A DNA stretch of 64,000 bases, from assembly GCA_002269645.1 (NCBI GenBank), contig NIVC01000023.1, forward strand, positions 1,116,001-1,180,000, written 5' to 3'. The DNA is from Macrostomum lignano (taxonomy: Eukaryota). The notes beneath the pieces are model-generated. The model was not told the origin of the DNA. It was given only the letters and a program-made list of their open reading frames with translations, and ran no database searches. A program made the position numbers and the translations under genes. Positions 1-13,300 of this stretch are shown one piece after another. Each line of letters opens with the position of its first letter. Within the stretch, counting starts at the first letter, position 1.

Positions 1-704
1 AAATTCATTATCGTTTCTCGTGCCAATACCTGTATAGGGATGATGCGCTTGCTGTCTTACTAGTTCTCATTTTAGGCGTCCGCTTGGATCGTGAATTGTT
101 GGATTGTTTGTTTTTCAAATTTAAATATAAACAATTGTTTTGTTTTATATATTGGTTCATTTTAGTTTAAACGGAGTGCCCAAAGTAGAACTGACAGCTA
201 GAGAAACAAATTTCTTATATCAATGGTTGTTGAGTGCGTGCTTGCTTGCTTGTATATTGCTAAACTGTAGTTGTTTGCTTTTTCTTGTTTGCTTTTCTTT
301 GTGTTTTTGCCTGCTTCATAAGTGTCTTTTAAGGTTTGGTGTTTTTTTTTCTGTAAATAAACGTTGCTTATTTGTATACAAAGCTAGATAACGCATTGGT
401 TCGCTGGGCAATTTTTTACGGGTAATTTTTACGATAGACACTACTGAGACACGCTCGTCAAGTGGTTGCAAACCAAAGAAAATCGCTAACCTGCTTGGAT
501 CTGAGAGAACATTCGTTTCTTTCTACTTTATTAAATTTTGAAGTAAAAGAAGCAGCACTACCCGTGTTTGGACTTTTGCATTTTACCCATTTATTTCATC
601 TATTTTATATTACAACTGTAGGAGTAGGATGGTTATAATTTTCATAGGCCAGCGCCAAAGTTTTTGCTTTAAATATAGTTTTGGACAGTGTGTAAAATTT
701 TCTA

Positions 705-1610
705 CTTGTAACAGATTCCAGCTTGTGACAGATTCCAGCTTGTAACAGATTCCAGCTCGTAAAAGATTCCAGCTTGTAAAAGATTCCAGCTTATAACAGA
801 TTCCAGCTTGTAACAGATTCCAGCTTATAACAGATTCCAGCTTATAACAGATTCCAGCTTGTAACAGATTCCAGCTTATAACAGATTCCAGCTTGTAACA
901 GATTCCAGCTTATAACAGATTCCAGCTTATAACAGATTCCAGCTCGTAAAAGATTCCAGCTTGTAAAAGATTCCAGCTTGTAAAAGATTCCAGCTTATAA
1001 CAGATTCCAGCTCGTAAAAGATTCCAGCTTGTAAAAGATTCCAGCTTGTAAAAGATTCCAGCTTGTAACAGATTCCAGCTTGTAACAGATTCCAGCTTGT
1101 AACAGATTCCAGCTTATAACAGATTCCAGCTCGTAAAAGATTCCAGCTTGTAAAAGATTCCAGCTTGTAAAAGATTCCAGCTTATAACAGATTCCAGCTC
1201 GTAAAAGATTCCAGCTTGTAAAAGATTCCAGCTTGTAAAAGATTCCAGCTTATAACAGATTCCAGCTTGTAACAGATTCCAGCTTGTAACAGATTCCAGC
1301 TTATAACAGATTCCAGCTTGTAACAGATTCCAGCTTGTAACAGATTCCAGCTTATAACAGATTCCAGCTTGTAACAGATTCCAGCTTGTAACAGATTCCA
1401 GCTTATAACAGATTCCAGCTTGTAACAGATTCCAGCTTGTAACAGATTCCAGCTTATAACAGATTCCAGCTCGTAAAAGATTCCAGCTTGTAACAGATTC
1501 CAGCTTGTAACAGATTCCAGCTTATAACAGATTCCAGCTTATAACAGATTCCAGCTTGTAAAAGATTCCAGCTTATAACAGATTCCAGCTTGTAACAGAT
1601 TCCAGCTTGC
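705..1610. repeat. 17-bp minisatellite (ACAGATTCCAGCTTGTA), ~53 copies
   Basis: Direct reading; variants TTGTAA/TTATAA/TCGTAAA. Lies about 150 bp upstream of the ATG at 1759. Confidence 0.95.
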
Positions 1611-1758
1611 AAAGCTTGATTACATATAGATAATATTTATGGTCGAGAATATAATAACAGTAATAACAGTAATGTAATAATACTAATTTAGTACCGGTCC
1701 AGAGTTTCTATTGTGTGCCACTAGCCCAATTAATATTTAATAATTAATATTTCAATTC

Positions 1759-4057
1759 ATGGAGGCCCAATCCGGACAACAACAACAGCAAGACGAGGAG
1801 CTCACCAAGCAAATCAGGCAACTGATTGATAGCAAAGAGATTAACCAGCTAACTCAACTGGTTAGACGCGTATTGAAAGACAATGACCAGAATGAAGAGA
1901 TCATGTGGGGCCGGTATTCGCCTATTAAAAATAATCGATCAATAATGGCGCCAATGTACAAGCCTAGATGCATTAGTCCCTTGGCCTACGCTCTGGAGGT
2001 GAACAGCTTTGACGTCTTGAGACAGCTGGTAGCGGCCGGTCTCAATCCGAATCACGTGGAACGAGTTGACAGGCGATTAGACGAAGCTGAAGATTATGCT
2101 CTGCATAGGTGTGTGTCTTTGTGTGTCCGGCCATTCACACGGGTCTCCTGTCTGACCCGGCCATTCACCCCCCCCCTGGGTCTCCTGTCTGACCCGGCCA
2201 TTCCCCCCCCCCCCTGGGTCTCCTGTCTGACCCGGCCATTCACCCCCCCCCCTGGGTCTCCTGTCTGACCCGGCCATTCACCCCCGGGTCTCCTGTCTGA
2301 CCCGGCGATTCACCCCCCCCCCGGGTCTCCTGTCTGATCCGGCCATTCACCCCCCCCCGGGTCTCCTGTCTGATCCGGCCATTCACCCCCCCCGGGTCTC
2401 CTGTCTGATCCGGCCATTCACCCCCCCCCGGGTCTCCTGTCTGATCCGGCCATTCGCCCCCGGGTCTCCTGTCTGATCCGGCCATTCACCCCCGGGTCTC
2501 CTGTCTGATCCGGCCATTCACCCCCGGGTCTCCTGTCTGATCCGGCCATTCACCCCCGGGTCTCCTGTCTGATCCGGCCATTCACCCCCGGGTCTCCTGT
2601 CTGATCCGGCCATTCACCCCCGGGTCTCCTGTCTGATCCGGCCATTCACCCGTACACATTTTTTCGGGACTTGCTCACGAAAATTGGCTGGTGGGTTGTC
2701 GTGCGATTGACAGCCCCGAGTGCCAACCCCCAAGGCACAGAGAGAGTACATGCCTAGGATTAGGCAGTCAGATTACCGAATAATTTTCGACGGTAAACGC
2801 AGTCTTTAACTCGCCACTCCAATCCGCAGGGACTGCCGGTTCCCTCTGTTAGCATTCTGGTTCGACATCGGCGCTCGCATGGTGTTCGGGCGGAAGATCG
2901 TGCTGGACCGAATGGAGTACGAATTAGCCGAACTAGTTCGCATTGGCAACAATGTTAATTGCCTATTGCAGCACCAGGTTGATTGGAAATCGCATTTCAA
3001 GCTTCGACTACAGATGCTTGAGCCGCTATTGCGCAATGGGCTTCATCTGCACGACACCTGCGTTGGCTGTCCAAAGATTCGCCCGGAACAGCGGGAGTTC
3101 TCGCTCTGTCTAATACGGCTGCTGGTGGACATTATGACCGCCTGCGATGTCATTGGCTATGAGGACGCTTTTCTTAATCTGTTTCTGACATTCTGCGGAA
3201 CTCCCGCGCAGGTGAATGTTTCATTTGGTTCAGTATCCACTACAAAGACCTACTTTTTGGTAGCTTACATGTACTTGTAGGTCCAATGTCCCATAACAAA
3301 GACCTTAGTTATGCAGATTTAATATCCCACAACAAAGACATTAGTTATGCAGGTTCAGTATCCTACAACAAAGACCTTAGTTATGCAGGTCCAGTATCCT
3401 ACGACAAAGACCTTAGTTACATGGTTCCTATATCCTACAACAAAGACCTTAGTTACATGGTTCCTATATCCTACAACAAAGACCTTAGTTACATAGTTCC
3501 TATATCCTACAACAAAGACCTTAGTTACATAGTTCCTATATCCTACAACAAAGACCTTAGTTACATAGTTCCTATATCCTACAACAAAGACCTTATAGTT
3601 ATACAGGTGCAATATTCATATAAAAAACATTGCATTAGTAAATATGAAAATTCAAATAAACCCATTAAAAAACTGCTTGTTTGAACAGGTGAAACACCTC
3701 ACGGACATGAACATCACCATGGACGACTTTTTAAACGATTTCTCTCACGTGGCCTCATTTTTATACGGTCGAAAATTTCACAACGACGCCGAAAAGGCGC
3801 TGTTCGTCCGACAGCGAAGAGTGTTCTACGATCGGGTGAGCAAAGTCGGCCAACTGTTTGTGCAGCCACTGCCGCTCTACCTGCTAGCCAGGAATTCTGT
3901 TCGCCGTTGCATTGGCGGCGTTCATTTTCAAAAACGCGTAGCAACTTTAACTAATCTGCCGCCTATGCTGCGCGAGTCCATTGTTTACCTTAGTCACGGT
4001 GAGCTCTGTCAGATATTGGATAGGTTGCCAAGGCTGCAGTCAGTTTCTCCTAGCTAA
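1759..4057 (+). CDS. Ankyrin-like repeat and C-terminal SOCS-box protein (ASB-like), ~366 aa, 3 exons
   Basis: Exons 1759-2108, 2830-3211 and 3689-4057 join in frame through GT..AG introns (phases 2 and 0; total 1101 nt). Ankyrin-like segment SPLAYALEVNSFDVLRQLVAAGLNPN. The C-terminus PLPLYLLARNSVRRCIG...LPPMLRESIVYL matches the SOCS-box pattern (BC box plus LPxx cullin box). Confidence 0.75.
2127..2651. repeat. ~30-bp intronic minisatellite (GGGTCTCCTGTCTGATCCGGCCATTCACCCC) with variable C-run
   Basis: Direct reading; intron 1 of the SOCS-box gene. Confidence 0.95.
3290..3597. repeat. 36-bp intronic minisatellite (TCCTACAACAAAGACCTTAGTTACATAGTTCCTATA)
   Basis: Direct reading; intron 2; accounts for the spurious ORFs 3286-3684 and 3355-3612. 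Confidence 0.93.
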
Positions 4058-4118
4058 TATGTTGCTGCATTGTGTGCGTGAATAGGTTCAGTAGATGAAC
4101 TTGCCTTTCCGAAAACTA

Positions 4119-4757
4119 TAGGAGATCCCAAATCCTAGATCCCTATAATAGGAGATCCCAAATCCTAGATCCCTATGATAGGAGATCCCAAATCCCAGAT
4201 CCCTATGATAGGAGATCCCAAATCCTAGATCCCTATGATAGGAGATCCCAAATCCCGGATCCCTATGATAGGCGATCCCAAATCCTAGATCCCTATGATA
4301 GGAGATCCCAAATCCCGGATCCCTATGATAGGCGATCCCAAATCCTAGATCCCTATGATAGGAGATCCCAAATCTCAGATCCCTGTGATAGGAGATTCCA
4401 AATCCTAGTAGATCCCTATGATAGGGGATCCCAAATCTCAGATCCCTATGATAGGCGATCCCAAATCCTAGATCCCTATGATAGGAGATCCCAAATCTCA
4501 GATCCCTGTGATAGGAGATTCCAAATCCTAGATCCCTATGATAGGAGATCCCAAATCCCGGATCCCTATGATAGGCGATCCCAAATCCTAGATCCCTATG
4601 ATAGGAGATCCCAAATCCCGGATCCCTATGATAGGCGATCCCAAATCCTAGATCCCTATGATAGGAGATCCCAAATCTCAGATCCCTGTGATAGGAGATT
4701 CCAAATCCTAGTAGATCCCTATGATAGTAGATCCCAAATCCCGGATCCCTATGATAC
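4119..4757. repeat. 30-bp minisatellite (GATCCCTATGATAGGAGATCCCAAATCCTA) with internal palindrome CCTAT-G-ATAGG
   Basis: Direct reading; accounts for the minus-strand ORF 4088-4771. Confidence 0.95.
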
Positions 4758-4780
4758 GGTACATCCCACATCCCTTTAAA

Positions 4781-4920
4781 TAACGATAGATAAAGTTAGG
4801 GCCGCTGTACACTCCTGTGTAAGTGTGTGCCTGCTCAGGGGAGTCGGTGGAATGAGCAGTACTGCATCTTGCCGGTAGTGTGACAATGTCACTTAAAGTG
4901 CGCCATGGCGCACACAGCCC
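4781..4920 (+). mobile_element. SINE family A, 5'-truncated copy
   Basis: Shares TTAGGGCCGCTGTACACTCCTGTGT, GTGTGCCTGCTCAGGGGAGTC and the tail GTGTGACAATGTCAC..CAGCCC with the copies at 23196-23500 and 56411-56768. Confidence 0.8.
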
Positions 4921-5409
4921 CCTGACTATTTGACTTGCACTTTATAACTGTGATAATCCTACGTCATAGTTGGCTTAGGCTGTCATTGTTGATATGAGAT
5001 ATGCTTAGTTGTGTAATATAGTGACTAATCATGCTGTCAATTATTTCAATTATTTTCAAATTTTAACGCTGCAATTTTGCATAATTCTAATCAACTCTGT
5101 ATTCTGTAGAATTCTTCTGTTGCTTACATTGTCTGTCTATGAATTGTGATCTCATTTCTGAGTTAATGAGTCCGAGTCCCGGTTGTAAATATAGTTAGTA
5201 CGAGGCATGCCACTAACTATTGGTAGCATGTTGTTAACAGTTCCCATGCAATTTTTTACAATCTAGTCTTTGTTACGACTTTTAATCTGGTGTATAGAAT
5301 GCTTAATAAATGAATAAAATCTTTCTTAAAACTAAAATAACATTGTGTCCGGTTTCTCTATTATTTTTGTGCTTCTTTCAATAGACATTTAAATGTCTAG
5401 GGTTTTGAT

Positions 5410-6725
5410 ACTTTTAAATACCCTAGCTAGGGTATTTAACCTCTGAGAGATACGTACATTCCTGGGTATTTTAACTCCGAAGGGTACATTCCTAGGGTAT
5501 TTAACCTCTGAGAGATACGTACATTCCTGGGTATTTTAACTCCGAAGGGTACATTCCTAGGGTATTTAACCTCTGAGAGATACGTACATTCCTGGGTATT
5601 TTAACTCCGAAGGGTACATTCCTAGGGTATTTAACCTCTGAGAGATACGTACATTCCTGGGTATTTTAACTCCGAAGGGTACATTCCTAGGGTATTTAAC
5701 CTCTGAGAGATACGTACATTCCTGGGTATTTTAACTCCGAAGGGTACATTCCTAGGGTATTTAACCTCTGAGAGATACGTACATTCCTGGGTATTTTAAC
5801 TCCGAAGGGTACATTCCTAGGGTATTTAACCTCTGAGAGATACGTACATTCCTGGGTATTTTAACTCCGAAGGGTACATTCCTGGGTATTTTAGCTCTGA
5901 GGGGTACATTCCTAGGGTATTTTAGCTCCAAGGGGTACATTCCTAGGGAATTTTAGCTCCGAGGGGTAGATTCCTAGGGTATTTTAGCTCCGAGGGATAC
6001 ATTTCTGGATTATTTTAGCTCCGAGGGATACATTCCTAGGGTATTTTAGCTCCGAGGGGTACATTCCTAGGGTATTTTAGCTCCGAGGGGTACATTCCTA
6101 GGGTATTTTAGCTCCGAGGGGTACATTCCTAGGGTATTTTAGCTCCAAGGGGTAGATTCCTAGGGTATTTTAGCTCCGAGGGATACATTTCTGGATTATT
6201 TTAGCTCCGAGGGATACATTCCTAGGGTATTTTAGCTCCAAGGGGTACATTCCTAGGGTATTTTAGCTCCAAGGGGTAGATTCCTAGGGTATTTTAGCTC
6301 CGAGGGATACATTTCTGGATTATTTTAGCTCCGAGGGATACATTCCTAGGGTATTTTAGCTCCAAGGGGTACATTCCTAGGGAATTTTAGCTCCGAGGGG
6401 TAGATTCCTAGGGTATTTTAGCTCCGAGGGATACATTTCTGGATTATTTTAGCTCCGAGGGATACATTCCTAGGGTATTTTAGCTCCGAGGGGTACATTC
6501 CTAGGGTATTTTAGCTCCGAGGGGTACATTCCTAGGGTATTTTAGCTCCAAGGGGTACATTCCTAGGGAATTTTAGATCCGAGGGGTAGATTCCTAGGGT
6601 ATTTTAGCTCCGAGGGATACATTTCTGGATTATTTTAGCTCCGAGGGATACATTCCTAGGGTATTTTAGCTCCGAGGGGTACATTCCTAGGGTATTTTAG
6701 CTCCGAGGGGTACATTCCTAGGGTA
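5410..6725. repeat. ~31-bp minisatellite (GGGTATTTTAGCTCCGAGGGGTACATTCCTA); the first ~470 bp is a ~64-bp higher-order dimer
   Basis: Direct reading. Confidence 0.95.
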
Positions 6726-6939
6726 TCCTAGCGAATCCCTAGTTCCTAAACTGCTCTAGTCAGGACAGACGTCTGCTGGTTTTATTCTGATTTCAACAAA
6801 GTAAAGTATTTTTAGCCTAAAAAACATGATTTTGATACTTTTAAAAGCATTTTTCAGCAAAAAATGCAAAGAAACTGTTTTATTAGTCTATAATTTTGTC
6901 CCTGAAAGTTATCCCCCCTTTTCAAAATCCTAGCTACGC

Positions 6940-7380
6940 CACTGCTAGGGCTATTTTAGCTCTGAGGGACATTCCTAGAGGTTGTGGGGTTCATTCGAAG
7001 GGGTACTTTAGCTCTGATGGGTACATTCCCAGGCGTATTTTAGCTTTGGGAAGTACATTTCTAGGGGTATTTAAGCTTTGGGAAGTACATTTCTAGGGGT
7101 ATTTTAGCCTTGGGAAGTACATTTCTAGGGGTATTTTAGCTTTGGGAAGTACATTTCTAGGGGTATTTTAGCTTTGGGAAGTACATTTCTAGGGGTATTT
7201 AAGCTTTGGGAAGTACATTTCTAGGGGTATTTAAGCTTTGGGAAGTACATTTCTAGGGGTATTTAAGCTTTGGGAAGTACATTTCTAGGGGTATTTAAGC
7301 TTTGGGAAGTACATTTCCAGGGGTATTTTAGCCTTGGGAAGTACATTTCCAGGGGTATTTAAGATTTGGGAAGTACATTT
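6940..7380. repeat. 32-bp minisatellite (GGGGTATTTAAGCTTTGGGAAGTACATTTCTA), related to 5410-6725
   Basis: Direct reading; runs up to the PFAS acceptor TTTGCAG at 7379-7385. Confidence 0.93.
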
Positions 7381-7385
7381 TGCAG

Positions 7386-10300
7386 GCTAATTTTGTTCGC
7401 ACCTGGACACTGCAGGCCTTCTATCGGCTCTACCTGTCCGACTGTCACACAGCCGAGCAGCTGTCCAACCTGCTAGCCAGCTGCCGCGATGCCTGCCCAC
7501 CAGTTGAGTCTGTAGCCACAGAGCGCTGCTTCTATGTCCAGTGCAGCCAACAGCTCAGCCCAGAGCAGCAGTGTCAGCTGCATTACCTGCTGGGCACAGA
7601 TAAAACCAGTTCCCAGCTGTCAGCTTCATCGGAATCTTCAAGCGTTGAAGCAGCATTCCACGGTGCCTATAGAGCCGAGGTCGGGCCTCGGCTAAGCGTC
7701 ACCACCGCTTTCTCAACCAACTGCGTAGCCATTTGCTCCGGCATCGGTCTGGCTCCGCCTGTTCAACGCGTTGAAAGCTCCATAGTTTATCGGTTTGTTT
7801 ATAATAGGGTGCTTAGCAACTGGCCAGATAGCGTTGTGCATCGTAGATTGACTGAATTTGTACACAGCGACAAACTGTGCGATCGCATGACCCAGTCTGT
7901 GTACCCGGCGCCGCTCACTGCCGACTCGTACCGATCCGAGTTGCTGCGCTGTCCGCCTCAGCCGGTCTTCGAAGTTGACGTCTGCGGCCGAGGCAGGGAA
8001 GCCCTGGCCGAAGTCAACGCTACTATGGGCCTGTCTATGGACGACTGGGATTTGGACTATTATACGAAATTGTTTGCTGAAACTATTGGCAGAAATCCTA
8101 CTAGCGTTGAATGCTTCGATTTGGCCCAGTCTAATAGCGAGCACTGCAGGCATTGGTTCTTTAAAGGTTCGCAGTCTGTTTTAAAACGTGTGATTTTTAG
8201 AAATCCCAAATGGGATAATCCAAGTTTTAGATCACTAAACATCCCAAAATGGGATATCAAAAGTTCCAGATCCCTAAAAATCCCAAATGGGATATCAAGA
8301 GTTCCAGATCCTTAAAAAATCCCTAAAGGGATATTTCAAGTTCCAGATCCTTAATAAAAATCCCAAACTGGGATAATCCAAGTTCTAGATCCTTAAAAAT
8401 CCCAAAATGGGATATCTCAATTTCCAGATCCTTAAAAATCTTAAAATGGGATATCTCAAGTTCCAGATCCCTAAAAATCCCAAAATGGGATATCTCAAGT
8501 TCCAGATCCCTAAAAATCCAAAATGGGATATCTAAAGTTCCAGATCCTTAAAAAAATCCCTAAAGGGATATTTCAAGTTCCAGATTCTTAATAAAAATCC
8601 CAAATGGGATGTTTTTTTCAAGTTCTACTATAGATCTTAAAAAATCTCAAACCAGGCCGCCTACTCAACGCATCGACTCGCGAGCCGTTGCTAGGCAACA
8701 AATATCCCCATCTGATGGCGCTGGTCTCATCAACTCTGGCCGAATCGGCGTCCAACAGCGTGCTGGCCATGTGCGACAACAGCAGCGCCATCCGCGGCCT
8801 CCGTGTGCCCGTCCTGTGCCCCGTTGACCCCGCTGGCGGCTCCGAGCTCCGCCTGCTGCCAGATCCCCAGCTGCGTCACGTGATCCTCACCGCCGAGACG
8901 CACAATTTCCCAACCGCTGTGGCGCCGTTTGAGGGCGCGGCAACTGGCGCCGGCGGTAGAATTCGGGACGTGCACGCGACTGGTCGGGGCGGGTATGAGA
9001 GTTCTGCTTTATGAAGCTGGCTGACGGCTCAGCTGTTGGATGAAAGATGCTGGGCCAGCCTCCCCAAATCCTCAGTTGCTGGGCCACCAGCCCCCCCCCC
9101 CAGATCCTCAGTTGCTGGGCCACCAGCCCCCCCCCCCCCCCCCAGATCCTCAGTTGCTTGGCCACTAGCCCCCCCCCCAGATCCTCAGTTGCTGGGCCAC
9201 CAGCCCCCCCCCCCAGATCCTCAGTTGCTGGGCCACCAGCCCCCCCCCCCAGATCCTCAGCTGCTTGGCCACCAGCCCCCCCCCCCCCAGATCCTCAGTT
9301 GCTTGGCCACCAGCCCCCCCCCCCAGATCCTCAGTTGCTGGGCCAGCCTCTCAGATCCTCAGTTGCTGGGCCAGCCTCTCAGATCCTCAGTTGCTGGGCC
9401 AGCCTCTCAGATACTCAGTTGCTGGGCCAGCCTCCCAGATACTCAGTTGCTGGGCCAGCCTCCCCAGATCCTCAGTTGCTGGGCCAGCCTCCCCAGATCT
9501 TCAGTTGCTTGGCCACCAGCCCCCCCCCCCAGATCCTCAGTTGCTTGGCCACCAGCCCCCCCCCCCCAGATCCTCAGTTGCTTGGCCACCAGCCCCCCCC
9601 CCAGATCCTCAGTTGCTTGGCCACCAGACCCCCTCCCAGATCCTCAGTTGCTGGGCCAGCCTCCCAGATCCCCAGTTTCTGGGCCAGCCTCGAGCTTCAA
9701 TACATGGCTTCAGGTACACCATCGCGGGCACAGCGGGCTACTGCGTCGGCGACTTAGACGAACGATTCGCTGTCGAAGGCTACGCAGCCGGCATGGCTCG
9801 GCCTCGCCGAGTTCTACTCGAAGCCTCGGACGGCGCCAGCGACTACGGCAACAAATTCGGCGAGCCACTGATTGCCGGCTTCTGCCGCGCATTCGGCGAC
9901 GTCTTTCAAGGCGGCGAGCGTCGGGAATGGGTCAAACCGGTCATGTTCAGCGGCGGTATCGGCGCCCTTGACGACGGATTGGTTGCTAAGCGACCGGCCA
10001 AGCCAGGCGATCTGGTAGTCAAGCTGGGCGGGCCGGCCTATCGGATCGGCGTCGGTGGCGGCGCCGCCAGCTCAGTCGGCGTCCAAGGCGGAGGCGGGGC
10101 GGCCGCCGACGAGTTGAACTTCAACGCCGTGCAGCGTGGCGACGCGCAGATGGGCGGCAAACTCTACCGGTTGGTGCGGGCCTGCGCCGAGCTGGGGGCG
10201 GACTGCAACCCCATACAGAGCGTGCATGATCAGGTAAGTCCTGTTGTTGAAGCTGAAATACCCCCTGATTGAGATCTGCTATTGAAGCTGAAATACCCCC

Positions 10301-13300
10301 TGATTGAGATCTGCTAATGAAGCTGAAATACCCCTGATTGAGATCTGCTATTGAAGCTGAAATACCCCCTGATTGAGATCTGCTAATGAAGCTGAAATAC
10401 CCCTGATTGAGATCTGCTATTGAAGCTGAAATACCCCCTGATTGAGATCTGCTATTGAAGCTGAAATACCCCCTGATTGAGATCTGCTATTGAAGCTGAA
10501 ATACCCCCTGATTGAGATAATGCCAAAACACCCCTAGGAATGTACCTTTCAATGCAAAAATACCCCTAAGAATGTAGCTTTCAATGCAAAAATACCCCTA
10601 AGAATGTAGCTTTCAATGCAAAAATACCCCTAAGAATGTAGCTTTCAATGCAAAAATACCCCAAAGAATGTAGCTTTCAATGCAAAAATACCCCTAAGAA
10701 TGTAGCTTTCAATGCAAAAATACCCCTAAGAATGTAGCTTTCAATGCAAAAATACCCCTAAGAATGTAGCTTTCAATGCAAAAATACCCCAAAGAATGTA
10801 GCTTTCAATGCTAAAATACCCCAAAGAATGTAGCTTTCAATGCAAAAATACCCCTAAGAATGTAGCTTTCAATGCTAAAATACCCCAAAGAATGTAGCTT
10901 TCAATGCAAAAATACCCCTAAGAATGTAGCTTTCAATGCAAAAATACCCCTAAGAATGTAGCTTTCCATGCTAAAATACCCCTAAGAATGTAGCTTTCAA
11001 TGCAAAAATACCCCTAAGAATGTAGCTTTCAATGCAAAAATACCCCTAAGAATGTAGCTTTCAATGCAAAAATACCCCTAAGAATGTAGCTTTCAATGCA
11101 AAAATACCCCTAAGAATGTAGCTTTCAATGCAAAAATACCCCTAAGAATGTAGCTTTCAATGCAAAAATACCCCTAAGAATGTAGCTTTCAATGCAAAAA
11201 TACCCCAAAGAATGTAGCTTTCAATGCAAAAATACCCCAAAGAATGTAGCTTTCAATGCAAAAATACCCCTAAGAATGTAGCTTTCAATGCAAAAATACC
11301 CCTAAGAATGTAGCTTTCAATGCAAAAATACCCCAAAGAATGTAGCTTTCAATGCTAAAATACCCCAAAGAATGTAGCTTTCAATGCAAAAATACCCCTA
11401 AGAATGTAGCTTTCAATGCAAAAATACCCCTAAGAATGTAGCTTTCAATGCAAAAATACCCCTAAGAATGTAGCTTTCAATGCAAAAATACCCCTAAGAA
11501 TGTAGCTTTCCATGCTAAAATACCCCAAAGAATGTAGCTTTCAATGCAAAAATACCCCTAAGAATGTAGCTTTCAATGCAAAAATACCCCTAAGAATGTA
11601 GCTTTCAATGCAAAAATACCCCTAAGAATGTAGCTTTCAATGCAAAAATACCCCTAAGAATGTAGCTTTCAATGCAAAAATACCCCAAAGAATGTAGCTT
11701 TCAATGCAAAAATACCCCTAAGAATGTAGCTTTCAATGCAAAAATACCCCTAAGAATGTAGCTTTCAATGCAAAAATACCCCTAAGAATGTAGCTTTCAA
11801 TGCAAAAATACCCCTAAGAATGTAGCTTTCAATGCTAAAATACCCCAAAGAATGTAGCTTTCAATGCTAAAATACCCCAAAGAATGTAGCTTTCCATGCT
11901 AAAATACCCCTAAGAATGTAGCTTTCAATGCAAAAATACCCCTAAGAATGTAGCTTTCAATGCAAAAATACCCCTAAGAATGTAGCTTTCAATGCAAAAA
12001 TACCCCTAAGAATGTAGCTTTCAATGCAAAAATACCCCAAAGAATGTAGCTTTAAATGCAAAAATACCCCAAAGAATGTAGCTTTCAATGCAAAAATACC
12101 CCTAAGAATGTAGCTTTCAATGCAAAAATACCCCTAAGAATGTAGCTTTCAATGCAAAAATACCCCAAAGAATGTAGCTTTCAATGCTAAAATACCCCAA
12201 AGAATGTAGCTTTCAATGCAAAAATACCCCTAAGAATGTAGCTTTCAATGCAAAAATACCCCTAAGAATGTAGCTTTCAATGCAAAAATACCCCTAAGAA
12301 TGTAGCTTTCAATGCAAAAATACCCCTAAGAATGTAGCTTTCCATGCTAAAATACCCCAAAGAATGTAGCTTTCAATGCAAAAATACCCCTAAGAATGTA
12401 GCTTTCAATGCAAAAATACCCCTAAGAATGTAGCTTTCAATGCAAAAATACCCCTAAGAATGTAGCTTTCAATGCAAAAATACCCCTAAGAATGTAGCTT
12501 TCAATGCAAAAATACCCCAAAGAATGTAGCTTTCAATGCAAAAATACCCCTAAGAATGTAGCTTTCAATGCAAAAATACCCCTAAGAATGTAGCTTTCAA
12601 TGCAAAAATACCCCTAAGAATGTAGCTTTCAATGCTAAAATACCCCAAAGAATGTAGCTTTCAATGCAAAAATACCCCAAAGAATGTAGCTTTCAATGCA
12701 AAAATATCCCAAAGAATGTAGCTTTCAATGCAAAAATACCCCAAAGAATGTAGCTTTCAATGCTAAAATACCCCAAAGAATGTAGCTTTCAATGCTAAAA
12801 TACCCCTAAGAATGTAGCTTTCAATGCAAAAATATCCCAAAGAATGTAGCTTTCAATGCAAAAATACCCCAAAGAATGTAGCTTTCAATGCAAAAATACC
12901 CCAAAGAATGTAGCTTTCAATGCTAAAATACCCCTAAGAATGTAGCTTTCAATGCAAAAATACCCCTAAGAATGTAGCTTTCAATGCAAAAATACCCCTA
13001 AGAATGTAGCTTTCAATGCAAAAATTCCCCTAAGAATGTAGCTTTCAATGCTAAAATACCCCAAAGAATGTAGCTTTCAATGCAAAAATACCCCTAAGAA
13101 TGTAGCTTTCAATGCAAAAATACCCCAAAGAATGTAGCTTTCAATGCTAAAATACCCCAAAGAATGTAGTTTTCAATGCTAAAATACCTAAAATAAAACT
13201 AATAGCGCAATTTTTCATCCTTTGCTCAGGGCGCTGGCGGCAACGCCAACGTATTAAAAGAGATCTGCGAGCCGCTTGGCGCCGATATCTACGCCGACAA

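Noticed and set aside
140-391. 83-aa Cys/Leu-rich ORF, and other short ORFs in AT-rich intergenic DNA (30139-30989, 42676-43735)
   Set aside because: TTG/GTG or weak starts, low complexity, no homology cues or splice partners.
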